DNA of 64,000 nt from an uncultured Desulfosarcina sp. (lineage in GTDB: Bacteria > Desulfobacterota > Desulfobacteria > Desulfobacterales > Desulfosarcinaceae), in NCBI GenBank assembly GCA_963674945.2, contig CAXXWQ010000003.1, forward strand, positions 2,272,001-2,336,000, in the 5' to 3' direction. The notes below the pieces were generated by a model. It saw only the letters and a list, made by a program, of their open reading frames with translations, was not told the DNA's origin and did not search any database. A program made the position numbers and the translations under genes. Shown here one piece after another: positions 19,418 through 28,755 of the stretch (position 1 is the stretch's first letter; each line of letters opens with the position of its first letter).

Positions 19418-19529
19418 TTGGCCCTCTCAAGCTCCTCTCTCCATTGAATTTTCTGCTTGCGGCAGATTTTTATTAAAGCCTTATTTAATAGATCGGAAAC
19501 ATAAAAAAATCAAGTTCAAAAACGTATCA

Positions 19530-20276
19530 TCAGGTGTGTGCCGACGGTCGCAAGAGGATGATGAACTCCTGGTTTCCTTTCGGCCCCAATATGGGCGAGG
19601 GGACCACGGGACCACAAACAAGGGAAAGCGTCGAGAAGAATCGGCGAAGGTCTTCGATAATCTTCTCGTGCTGGGAAGGATCCTTTACCACGCCGCCTTT
19701 CCCCACCCTTCCCTTGCCGGCTTCGAATTGTGGCTTGACAAGGGCCAGAACAATGCCATCGCGTGCAAGAAAGGGAAGTACGGCAGGAACGACGAGTTTT
19801 AAGGAGATAAAGGATGTGTCGATGGTGATCAAATCCACGGGGCAAAAGATGAGGGAGGGATCGATCTTGCGGATGTTGGTGCGTTCGATGACGACCACGC
19901 GATCATCCTGCCGAAGGGACCAGGCAAGCTGGCCGTATCCCACGTCCACGGCGAATACACGTGCGGCACCGTGCTGTAAAAGACAGTCGGTGAATCCGCC
20001 GGTGGATGCACCCACATCCATGCAGATCTTGTCGGTGCAGTCGATTCGGTTTTTGATCAGCGCCGCCTCCAGCTTTCGTCCGCCGCGGCTTACATAGCCA
20101 ATGTCATCGCCTTTGATGGAGATATCGACGTCTTCGGAAAATCGGATGCCGGGTTTGTCGCAGCGGTCCTGATCGACCAGAACGCGACCGGCCATGATCA
20201 GTGCCTTTGCACGCTGTCGGCTCTGACAGAGATTTCTTTCAACGAGAAGGGTGTCGATTCGTTTTTTATTGGCCAT
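19530..20276 (-). CDS. tlyA: TlyA family rRNA 2'-O-methyltransferase
   Basis: S4 domain, YVSRGGRKL, DVGASTGGFT, VKPQFE, GPKGNQEF. Confidence 0.95.
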   Translation of the reverse strand: MANKKRIDTLLVERNLCQSRQRAKALIMAGRVLVDQDRCDKPGIRFSEDVDISIKGDDIGYVSRGGRKLEAALIKNRIDCTDKICMDVGASTGGFTDCLLQHGAARVFAVDVGYGQLAWSLRQDDRVVVIERTNIRKIDPSLIFCPVDLITIDTSFISLKLVVPAVLPFLARDGIVLALVKPQFEAGKGRVGKGGVVKDPSQHEKIIEDLRRFFSTLSLVCGPVVPSPILGPKGNQEFIILLRPSAHT

Positions 20277-20294
20277 TTACGGATATGTACCGGG

Positions 20295-22223
20295 CTATCC
20301 CACATGAATCCCCGTGATTTTATGATCCAGGGCTTGGATCATCTCACAGGCGGTCTCTACAATCGCCGTGGCATCAAGCCGGTATTTGCGACGAAGAAAA
20401 TCCTGGGGACCGTGCTCGACGAAAAGATCGTCGATCCCGAGTCTTCGTACGTTGCTGTGCTGGATGCCATGATCGTTGAGAAGTTCCAAAACCGCACTTC
20501 CGAATCCCCCTACGATGGTATTTTCCTCGATGGTAATGATATGGTGGAAGCTTTGCACCTGGGAAATGATCAGCGCCTCATCCAGCGGTTTAACGAACCG
20601 GGCATTTACCACCGTGGCATGAATGTTGTGATTTTGGGATAAAATGGCGGCGGCACACACCGCCTCGTGAACCAGATGGCCGACGGCGAGAATCAGCAGA
20701 TCCTTTCCCTGGTTCACGATTTCGGCTTTTCCCACGGCAATCGTCTGAACAGCGTCGTCCAACTCCACGCCGGTACCGCGGCCCCGGGGGTAACGAATGG
20801 CGATGGGGCCGTCGTGGGACACGGCAGTTGCCAGCATGTGGCGCAACTCGTTTTCGTCTTTGGGCGCCATGATCACCATGTTGGGGATGGTCCGCAAAAA
20901 GGAGATGTCGAACAGGCCGTGGTGGGTGGGGCCGTCTTCGCCGACGATGCCGCCCCGGTCCATTGCAAAGACGACGGGAAGATTTTCGATGCAAACGTCG
21001 TGAATAATCTGATCGAAGGCGCGTTGAAGGAAGGTGGAGTAGATGGCGACCACCGGGCGAAATCCCTCCGTAGCCATACCGGCGGCAAAGGTGACACCGT
21101 GCTGTTCGGCAATGCCCACATCGAAAAATCGTTCCGGGTAGGCCTCTGCAAAAGGCGCCAGTCCGGTCCCTTCGGGCATGGCGGCGGTGACGGCGATAAT
21201 CTTATCATTGGATCTGGCAAGTTCCACCAGGGTCTTGCCGAATACGTCGGTGTAGGTGGGCACGTCTCCGGATTTTTTCCGGCAGACGCCCGTGTCCACG
21301 TCGAAGGAACCGACACCGTGAAAGTAAACGGGATTTTTCTCCGCCTGTGGGTATCCCTTTCCTTTTTTGGTGATCACGTGAAGGAAAATCGGATCGTCTA
21401 ACTTTTTGATGTTTTGCAGGATGTCGATCAAATGGTCGAGATTGTGGCCGTCGATGGGGCCGAAATAGTCGAAATTGAAGGCCTCGAACAGCATCCCCGG
21501 TGTTACGAACGTTTTAAATGATTCCTCGCTGCGCTTGGCAAAACTGTAGACATTCTCTCCGATGCGCGGCAGCGATTTTAAAAATTCACCCAACTTGCTT
21601 CGCATCATCTGGAGTTTGGAGGCCGAAAAGGTCCGGCTGAGCAAAGAGGAGAGGGCGCCGACATTGTGAGAGATGGACATCTCGTTGTCGTTCAGGATAA
21701 CGATCAGATCTTTGTCATTGTGTGTATCACCCGTTTGGTTCAATCCTTCGTATGCAAGACCGGCGGTAAGTGATCCGTCGCCGATGACGGATACCACCTT
21801 GGCGGGGTCCTGGTTGAGCCGTTTCGCACAGGCGATGCCGAGGCCGGCACTGATGGAGGTGCTGCTGTGACCGGTGGTAAAGGCGTCGAAGGGACTTTCG
21901 CTTCGTCTGGTAAAACCGGAAAGTCCGCCATGACGCCGCAGGGTGGGAAACTGGGTCCTGCGACCGGTGAGGAGCTTATGGGCGTAGGACTGATGCCCGA
22001 CGTCCCACAGGATTTTATCCTTGGGTGTATCGAAAACATAGTGAAGGGCAATGCTTAGCTCTACCGCCCCAAGGCTGGATGCCAGATGGCCACCGGAGGT
22101 GGAAACCACGTCGACGATGGTTCGGCGAATCTCTTTTGCCAGTTTTGGAAGCTGAGACCGGGGTATTTTCTTCAAATCGACGGGAGAGTCGATGCTATTT
22201 AGAAGATGCAGGTCTTCAGACAA
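20295..22223 (-). CDS. dxs: 1-deoxy-D-xylulose-5-phosphate synthase
   Basis: GGHLASSLG, DVGHQSY, GDGSLTAG, IAEQH, GEDGPTH. Confidence 0.98.
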   Translation of the reverse strand: MSEDLHLLNSIDSPVDLKKIPRSQLPKLAKEIRRTIVDVVSTSGGHLASSLGAVELSIALHYVFDTPKDKILWDVGHQSYAHKLLTGRRTQFPTLRRHGGLSGFTRRSESPFDAFTTGHSSTSISAGLGIACAKRLNQDPAKVVSVIGDGSLTAGLAYEGLNQTGDTHNDKDLIVILNDNEMSISHNVGALSSLLSRTFSASKLQMMRSKLGEFLKSLPRIGENVYSFAKRSEESFKTFVTPGMLFEAFNFDYFGPIDGHNLDHLIDILQNIKKLDDPIFLHVITKKGKGYPQAEKNPVYFHGVGSFDVDTGVCRKKSGDVPTYTDVFGKTLVELARSNDKIIAVTAAMPEGTGLAPFAEAYPERFFDVGIAEQHGVTFAAGMATEGFRPVVAIYSTFLQRAFDQIIHDVCIENLPVVFAMDRGGIVGEDGPTHHGLFDISFLRTIPNMVIMAPKDENELRHMLATAVSHDGPIAIRYPRGRGTGVELDDAVQTIAVGKAEIVNQGKDLLILAVGHLVHEAVCAAAILSQNHNIHATVVNARFVKPLDEALIISQVQSFHHIITIEENTIVGGFGSAVLELLNDHGIQHSNVRRLGIDDLFVEHGPQDFLRRKYRLDATAIVETACEMIQALDHKITGIHVG

Positions 22224-22241
22224 GGTTTCATCTCCTGGTGA

Positions 22242-23153
22242 TTATCGATTTCGTTCAATAACATAACGCGCGATGGCGCGAAGGGGCTCGGCCCTTTTAT
22301 CAAAGCCGTCCAATCTCTTCAAGGCATTGTTGATCAGGGTTTCGGCCATGGCTTCGGCCCCATCCAATCCCAGAAGGTCGGGATAAGTGTTCTTTCCCCG
22401 GAGTTTATCGGTACCGGTTGCCTTTCCCATTACAGTAGGGTCACCCTTTACATTCAAAATATCGTCGGTTACCTGAAAGGCAAGGCCGATATTTTCCGCA
22501 TAACCCAAAAGCGACTGGATCTGTTTATCGGAAGCCCCTGCAATCATGGCACCGGATTCTACCGATACTTCGATCATCTTTCCGGTTTTCAGGCGGTGCA
22601 ACGCCTCCAGTCGGGCAGCGGAGATGGAAGATCCTTCGAGCATCATGTCCTGCATCTGTCCTCCGAGCATCCCCTGGTACCCGGAGGCGGCGGCGACCTT
22701 AGCCATGACATGCAACCAGCGTTCGGTAATCTGCGAGTGCGATCGTCGGCTACCGGCCAGGGCCAGAATTTCGAAAGCGAAGGTCAATAAGGCGTCACCG
22801 GCCAATATGGCCGTGGGTTCATCGAATTTGACGTGACAGGTCGGATTGCCACGACGCATATCATCGTCATCCATTGCAGGAAGGTCGTCATGGATCAGCG
22901 AATAGGTGTGGATCATCTCCAGAGCACAGGCAAGGGGCATCACCAGTTCGTCGTCCCCGCCGACACTCTGTGCGGCGGCGATGCAAAGAACGGGACGAAG
23001 TCGTTTCCCGCCGGCCATGACCGAATAGGACATGGCGCGCAGGATTTTCGGGTCCGTATCCGAGTCACCCAGATACCCTCGCAGCCACCGGTCCACCCGA
23101 CTGCGAACAGCCATCAAATACGATTTCAGATCAAATGCGGGATCATCGGTCAT
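22242..23153 (-). CDS. ispA: Farnesyl diphosphate synthase / polyprenyl synthetase
   Basis: GGKRLRP, LIHDDLPAMDDDDMRRG, FQVTDD. Confidence 0.95.
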   Translation of the reverse strand: MTDDPAFDLKSYLMAVRSRVDRWLRGYLGDSDTDPKILRAMSYSVMAGGKRLRPVLCIAAAQSVGGDDELVMPLACALEMIHTYSLIHDDLPAMDDDDMRRGNPTCHVKFDEPTAILAGDALLTFAFEILALAGSRRSHSQITERWLHVMAKVAAASGYQGMLGGQMQDMMLEGSSISAARLEALHRLKTGKMIEVSVESGAMIAGASDKQIQSLLGYAENIGLAFQVTDDILNVKGDPTVMGKATGTDKLRGKNTYPDLLGLDGAEAMAETLINNALKRLDGFDKRAEPLRAIARYVIERNR

Positions 23154-23389
23154 GAGGATTCTTCCTCGAAAGGTTCTTGCCGTACTTGACCGGTATCGTC
23201 AATCATCAGTAGATTGACCCGCTTTTCGGCTTCATCCAGGATATTGGTGCAATGCTTCGATAGCTTCATGCCGGCTTCGAATTTTTCCAGGGCCTTTTCC
23301 AGTGGAAGATCGCCGGACTCCAGCTGATCGACGATTTTCTCCAGATCCTTGATCGCTTTTTCGAAGGAAGGGGCGGTTTTGGCTGCCAT
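23150..23389 (-). CDS. xseB: Exodeoxyribonuclease VII small subunit
   Basis: SFEKAIKDLEKIVDQLESGDLPLE...; AAGGAG RBS before ATG 23389. Confidence 0.95.
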   Translation of the reverse strand: MAAKTAPSFEKAIKDLEKIVDQLESGDLPLEKALEKFEAGMKLSKHCTNILDEAEKRVNLLMIDDTGQVRQEPFEEESS

Positions 23390-23405
23390 ATATGTCGGGT
23401 TCTCC

Positions 23406-24845
23406 TTAATTGCTGGATCGTTCTGTTTCAAAATCAAGGTCCCGTTGATCGACGGTGACCGTCAGCTTGCCTTTGCCGAGAAGAACTTCCAGGTGTTGTC
23501 CCGTCTCCACCTTTTTCGCGTTTCGAACGATCGCGGCATCGGAAATGGTTCGCGTGATACTGTACCCTCGCTGTAAGATGGCCAAGGGATTCAGGGCGTC
23601 GAGCATGGCAAAACAGGTGGCATTTGCAGCCCGTTTTTCTTTTATCGCGCGATTTGTATGGGAAACCAGCAGGCGTTGCAATGAGATCCTGCGATCGCGA
23701 AGCACTCCGATGGTACGGGATGGTGACAGGGCCGTTAACGCCTTTTGACCATAGGAGAGACGCTCCCGGTTTCGGGATAATAATCCGGCCATCGTCGATT
23801 CGAGCCCCATGACCGTATCGTCCAGGCGAAGGCGCATCTCCTGTAGCCGCTTTCGCGGATGAACCAATCGTACAGAAAAATTGGAAAGCTCTATTTTCTT
23901 TATATACAAATCTTTATCGACAAAACGATAGAGTCTTTGTTTAAGGTTCTCGATCCTTTTGATTCGTTCTTCTTTTAATGGGATAGCAATCTCGGCAGCC
24001 GCAGATGGTGTGGGTGCGCGAAGATCGGCGACGAAATCGGCGATGGTAAAATCCGTTTCGTGTCCCACTGCAGATACTACTGGAATCTGGGATGCATGTA
24101 TGGCTCGCGCGACGCCCTCGTCGTTAAAGGCCCAGAGGTCTTCCAGGGATCCGCCGCCGCGGGCCAAAACGATGAGATCGGCATTTGCCAATCGATTGAT
24201 GATGGCAATGGCGCGAATGATTTCGTCTGGGGAACGATCACCCTGTACGCGAACGGGAACCACGTCGATGGAAATATTGGGGTAACGCCGGTGGGCAACG
24301 TTGATGAAGTCATGTACGGCGGCACCGGTCGGTGATGTCACGATAACCACAGTTTGTGGCAGGTCGGGCAACGGTCGCTTGTGTTTTTCATCGAACAATC
24401 CTTCCTCGTACAGACGACGTTTCAGTTTTTCAAAGGCGATCTGTAAAAGACCGGCACCTTTCGGCTCCAGGTGTTCGAAAATGATTTGATATGTCCCGCG
24501 AGGCTCGTACACACTGATACGCCCGAGGCCGACGATGGAAAGACCGTCTTCCATTCGAAACTTCAATCCATTCACCTGGCGGCGAAACATGACGGCGCCG
24601 ATCTGGGCGACATCATCCCTAAGGGTGAAATAACAATGTCCCGAGGAAGGAATTCTTAAGTTTGATATTTCTCCTGATATCCATATGAAAGGAAATGTTT
24701 TTTCGAGTATCGCTTTAATTTTTTGCGTCAGCTCCGAAACCCCATAGATGTGACCGTTGTTTACCGGGTTCGATTCGCTGTGCAAGTTTTTGGGGGCGAC
24801 AATTTTCATTTTCGGAAGCGGCGTTTGTGGAAGAACGGATGACAT
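23406..24845 (-). CDS. xseA: Exodeoxyribonuclease VII large subunit
   Basis: GEISN, SGHCYFTL, RGGGSLEDL, AVGHETD, APTPSAAAE. Start uncertain. Confidence 0.96.
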   Translation of the reverse strand: MSSVLPQTPLPKMKIVAPKNLHSESNPVNNGHIYGVSELTQKIKAILEKTFPFIWISGEISNLRIPSSGHCYFTLRDDVAQIGAVMFRRQVNGLKFRMEDGLSIVGLGRISVYEPRGTYQIIFEHLEPKGAGLLQIAFEKLKRRLYEEGLFDEKHKRPLPDLPQTVVIVTSPTGAAVHDFINVAHRRYPNISIDVVPVRVQGDRSPDEIIRAIAIINRLANADLIVLARGGGSLEDLWAFNDEGVARAIHASQIPVVSAVGHETDFTIADFVADLRAPTPSAAAEIAIPLKEERIKRIENLKQRLYRFVDKDLYIKKIELSNFSVRLVHPRKRLQEMRLRLDDTVMGLESTMAGLLSRNRERLSYGQKALTALSPSRTIGVLRDRRISLQRLLVSHTNRAIKEKRAANATCFAMLDALNPLAILQRGYSITRTISDAAIVRNAKKVETGQHLEVLLGKGKLTVTVDQRDLDFETERSSN

Positions 24846-24879
24846 AACTGCAACGTCCGATAAGATATATTATGTTAAA

Positions 24880-25185
24880 TTATAGATCGTGCTGCGTCTG
24901 CTCTGGACCTTTTTTATCCCGGGTTTCGTATCTTTTTATCAGGTCACGTACCGCAGGTACCACATAATGGCCTTCGTGTGGCAAGTGGCAGATGGAACGC
25001 GCCAGGACATCCGTCTTTTTTCGGACGGGAATCTTTTTATCGATGATGCAATGCATCTTCCCCTTGACCCGACAGAAGCCACTTTTCACGGGTATGCCCG
25101 CAGCGGTAAAGCTCTGCTCGCTGACGGTTACGCCGAGTTTTTCCGCCAAATCCTTCAGTTCCTGGTAAATCTGCTCCGGCTTCAT
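24880..25185 (-). CDS. Conserved hypothetical protein (~101 aa)
   Basis: GAGGTG RBS before MKPEQIYQELKDLAEKLG...SGFCRVKG. Confidence 0.7.
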   Translation of the reverse strand: MKPEQIYQELKDLAEKLGVTVSEQSFTAAGIPVKSGFCRVKGKMHCIIDKKIPVRKKTDVLARSICHLPHEGHYVVPAVRDLIKRYETRDKKGPEQTQHDL

Positions 25186-25316
25186 GCAAACCACCTCGAA
25201 ATAATGAATCATGCATACCAGCTTTGCCCTTGAAAATAAAGAAGCTTGTGTTATATTTCAAATGTTTACCAACGTAATCGAAATTAATTCTAACCATTGC
25301 CATATGGAGGTTTTCG

Positions 25317-26012
25317 ATGCAGTCCATTTCCATGGAAAGAACCACCACACAGGTGCAGGTCAACACATTCGTGCGTAGCGTCTACAACTGGATGTTTATC
25401 GGTCTGTCGCTTACCGGATTCGTGGCCTGGTTCGTGGCCAGCAATCCGACAATACTGAATTTTGTTTACAAAGCCATCTGGCTCTTCATCATCGGAGAGC
25501 TTGCCCTGGTGTTCATGCTTGCCGGCCGTGTTCATAAAATGAAGGCATCCACGGCAACGGGCATGTTTTTGTTCTACGCAGCCCTCAACGGTGCCACCTT
25601 GTCGTTCATATTCCTTGCCTATACCATGTCATCCATCGCATCCACGTTTTTCATCTGTGCCGGTACATTTGCCGCCTGCAGCATGTTCGGCTGGGTTACC
25701 AAACGGGATCTGACGGGTCTTGGCGGTTTTATGTTCATGGGGCTCATCGGCATCCTCATTGCCTCGGTGGTCAACATCTTTCTCAAGAGTCCGGGAATGC
25801 AGATGATTATCAGCTACATCGGCGTTCTGGTGTTTACCGGGCTCACCGCCTATGATACCCAGAAACTCAAGGTCATGGCCGCTTCCCAGCCCGCGGGATT
25901 GGATGGGGCGGTTGTAAGAAAAGGCGCAATCCTCGGTGCGCTGACGTTGTACCTGGATTTTATCCTGATGTTTCAATATCTTCTGATGATTTTTGGTGGA
26001 AGTCGGGATTAA
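25317..26012 (+). CDS. Bax inhibitor-1/YccA family membrane protein
   Basis: About 7 TM helices; VYNWM, LTAYDTQKLK, GALTLYLDFI. Confidence 0.93.
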   Translation: MQSISMERTTTQVQVNTFVRSVYNWMFIGLSLTGFVAWFVASNPTILNFVYKAIWLFIIGELALVFMLAGRVHKMKASTATGMFLFYAALNGATLSFIFLAYTMSSIASTFFICAGTFAACSMFGWVTKRDLTGLGGFMFMGLIGILIASVVNIFLKSPGMQMIISYIGVLVFTGLTAYDTQKLKVMAASQPAGLDGAVVRKGAILGALTLYLDFILMFQYLLMIFGGSRD

Positions 26013-26050
26013 TTTCCTCCCCGATACGCCCAATCTACCTGATATCAGAT

Positions 26051-26089
26051 AAAAAAACCTGGATGAAGATCGACTTCATCCAGGTTTTT
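26051..26089. terminator. Bidirectional intrinsic terminator
   Basis: AAAAACCTGGATGAAG-ATCGA-CTTCATCCAGGTTTTT between convergent genes. Confidence 0.88.
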
Positions 26090-26117
26090 CGTCTTGCGAA
26101 CGGTATTGTTTGTTCGA

Positions 26118-27476
26118 CTACCCCAAACTGTTTCTGACCGCCGATGCGATCCGTTGGCAAAGGGAATGGGTCATCTCTTTCGTCGGGCCTTCCACCATCA
26201 CGCGACATTGGGGTTGGGTACCGGAGTACCGCACCAGGACGCGTCCCCTGCTTCCCAGTTCGCCTTCCACCCGGTCGATGGCGCTTCGTATGGCATCCAC
26301 GGTGTCAAGTTCCGGTTTCGAACGGACGTTTACATTCACCAGACACTGGGGAAATACTTCCATCACCCTGGACAGCTCGGATAATGGACGTTTTTCACTA
26401 TCCATCGCCGTTGCCAAATTCAGTGCGGCCAGCATTCCGTCGCCCGTGGTGTGACGGTCCAAAAAGATCATGTGGCCGGAGTCTTCCCCACCCAGCACGG
26501 CGCCGGCTTGCATCATCTCCTGCATTACGTACCGGTCTCCCACGCCTGCCTTGATGTGTTTGATTCCCATCTTCTCCAGGGCGATGCCCAGGCCCATGTT
26601 GCTCATGATTGTCGTGACGACAACGGAATTGGTCAGCGTTTTTTTCGTCTTCATGTACCTGGCGCAGATGGCGATGACCTGGTCGCCGGTAAGCACCTTT
26701 CCCGTTTCGTCCACGGCGATCAACCGATCGGCGTCACCGTCGAATGCAAGGCCAAGCTTCGCCTTCTCGGCAATTACCGTCTTTGCCAGCGTTTCCGGAT
26801 GCTGGGAACCGCATCCTTCGTTGATATTGAGGCCGTCGGGCTGGCAAAAAATGGGGATGACCGTCGCACCAAGGTCGGTGAAAAGTGCCGGTGCGATTCG
26901 GCTGGCGGCACCATTGGAGCCATCGATCACGATTTTTACGCCATTCAACGAAAGACCGCTCGAAACTGCGGTGGCTTTCAAAAAATCGGTGTATTGGGGT
27001 TCTGCATCCTTTACACGGTGCACCTGCCCCACACGCTGAATGGTTTCCCCTTTGGCGTTTCGAGGCGCGGTGGATTCGATTTTCTTTTCGATTTCGGCTT
27101 CATCGGCATCGGAAAGTTTGAACCCTTCACCGTTAAACAACTTGATGCCGTTGTCCGCAAAGGGGTTGTGGGAAGCGGAAATCATGATGCCGGCATCGAA
27201 TCCGCCTTTTCGGGTCAATGAGGCAACCGCCGGCGTAGGAATGACACCGGCCGTGTGAACCGACTTTCCCATGGAGCAGATTCCCGCACAAATGGCGCTG
27301 ACCAGCATATCTCCGGAAATGCGTGTGTCCTGTGCAATGATGAATCGTCCGGTGGAATCATCGCCGTCAAAGAAAGCGGCGATGGCCCGGCCAACGTGAA
27401 TGGCCGTCTCACAATCCAGGGGATGGGCGTTGGCCTCTCCCCTGATGCCGTCGGTTCCGAAATACTTGTTGGCCAT
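26118..27476 (-). CDS. glmM: Phosphoglucosamine mutase
   Basis: YFGTDGIRG, MISASHNP, DGDADR, RYSGTQP. Start at ATG 27476 after GGAGG. Confidence 0.96.
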   Translation of the reverse strand: MANKYFGTDGIRGEANAHPLDCETAIHVGRAIAAFFDGDDSTGRFIIAQDTRISGDMLVSAICAGICSMGKSVHTAGVIPTPAVASLTRKGGFDAGIMISASHNPFADNGIKLFNGEGFKLSDADEAEIEKKIESTAPRNAKGETIQRVGQVHRVKDAEPQYTDFLKATAVSSGLSLNGVKIVIDGSNGAASRIAPALFTDLGATVIPIFCQPDGLNINEGCGSQHPETLAKTVIAEKAKLGLAFDGDADRLIAVDETGKVLTGDQVIAICARYMKTKKTLTNSVVVTTIMSNMGLGIALEKMGIKHIKAGVGDRYVMQEMMQAGAVLGGEDSGHMIFLDRHTTGDGMLAALNLATAMDSEKRPLSELSRVMEVFPQCLVNVNVRSKPELDTVDAIRSAIDRVEGELGSRGRVLVRYSGTQPQCRVMVEGPTKEMTHSLCQRIASAVRNSLG

Positions 27477-27541
27477 TGGCCTTATTCCTCCTGTCGTTTC
27501 TTGATGGCAACGGTGTGAAAAAAGTCTGATGCTTGGCCGGT

Positions 27542-28744
27542 TTACCGACACGCCGGAAAAAGTCGCAGCAACCGATCGCAAACGTCGTCCACGATTCCTT
27601 GAAGCCATTTGGTGCCTTCGGCTGCTTCGTCTGTGCCAAGCCCCCGTATGGTTTCGACGTAATCGGAGTCCGGCGTGCCGATCTTGGTCTGTATGATGGA
27701 TGAAAACGTCCGGTTTTCCAGCCGGTCCATGTGATCCAGGCAATGCAGGATCACATCCCTTACCGCCAGTCGGTTTTCGAAGAGTTCTTCCTTTTGTGAA
27801 ACGAGGGACGAGGAGGCGGCCTCTTTCAACTGATCCTGATACATTCGTTTGGATTCTTCCAGTTTTTCACAAAACGCGACGAATCGTTTGATGCGTTCGT
27901 CGATGGCAAGGCGCATGGTGAAAAGCAATCCATCGTATAAGGCGCGGGGGAAGCGATCGCCGATGAAAAGCGATCGAACATGGTGGTACCACGCCATCAA
28001 GGAGACAAGATTTGCCATGTATACGATGTTGTTGACCGCCTGTCGCTTCACACTGCCGTAAACGCCCGTGGTGTAAGGAAGGCTGCCGCCCCGGCCTCCA
28101 CCGGCAAAGACAAGACGGTCCGGCTTTCGCTGGTCCTTTCGATATACCGATCCGGCGGCGATGATGGTTCCATAGGCGATGCGGCAGGGGCCGACCATTC
28201 CCCCCTGCCCTCCCAGGAAAATCGGTTTCTGGTTGATCATGACCCCCTTTGGGACGTCGCCGATCAAAGAAGCCGTGGCCTTGTCCTGATTGGGGGTGTA
28301 ATTGAAGTGGATGTAGGAGCTGCCCACTTCACTGTGATTCTTTTTGCCGGTGCCACCGGCCATCAAACAATCACAAAAATTGATCAGACTCCCCAACGTC
28401 ACGAAGGGAAATAAGATGGTCTGTTTGAGTCCCACGGTGTGGGCGATGCTGGCATGCTCTTCCAGGATGGTTCCGGCACGGACATGGGCGCCGGATCCGG
28501 CCTCGGCACCTTCCAGAAAGACCGACGTTTCAAAATAACCGCCCTTTAGCTTGACATTGGGACCGACAAAGCAATCTTTGATCGTAACCGGCCCTTCGTA
28601 TCCCAATTCGGCGCCTTTGCATATCAGGGTTTTGCTCCCGATGATTCTGCATCCGGGATGAATGGTGGCATCGTCGGCAATACGATCCGCGTCTACCTCC
28701 TTACCGATGATACTGCCGTACCGCTCCTCGCCATTATCTTTCAT
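27542..28744 (-). CDS. GlmU-like left-handed beta-helix acetyltransferase without a uridyltransferase domain
   Basis: Hexapeptide repeats; HVRAGT, VGLKQT, EVGSSYIHFNY (cf. GlmU IGAGTITCNY), IIAAGS; directly upstream of glmM. Confidence 0.7.
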   Translation of the reverse strand: MKDNGEERYGSIIGKEVDADRIADDATIHPGCRIIGSKTLICKGAELGYEGPVTIKDCFVGPNVKLKGGYFETSVFLEGAEAGSGAHVRAGTILEEHASIAHTVGLKQTILFPFVTLGSLINFCDCLMAGGTGKKNHSEVGSSYIHFNYTPNQDKATASLIGDVPKGVMINQKPIFLGGQGGMVGPCRIAYGTIIAAGSVYRKDQRKPDRLVFAGGGRGGSLPYTTGVYGSVKRQAVNNIVYMANLVSLMAWYHHVRSLFIGDRFPRALYDGLLFTMRLAIDERIKRFVAFCEKLEESKRMYQDQLKEAASSSLVSQKEELFENRLAVRDVILHCLDHMDRLENRTFSSIIQTKIGTPDSDYVETIRGLGTDEAAEGTKWLQGIVDDVCDRLLRLFPACR

Positions 28745-28755
28745 CGTTTTCTTCT

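Noticed and set aside
27477..27743. 89-aa N-terminal extension of glmM in the ORF track
   Set aside because: It overlaps the upstream gene. The real start fits ATG 27476, with an RBS and the conserved FGTDG motif.
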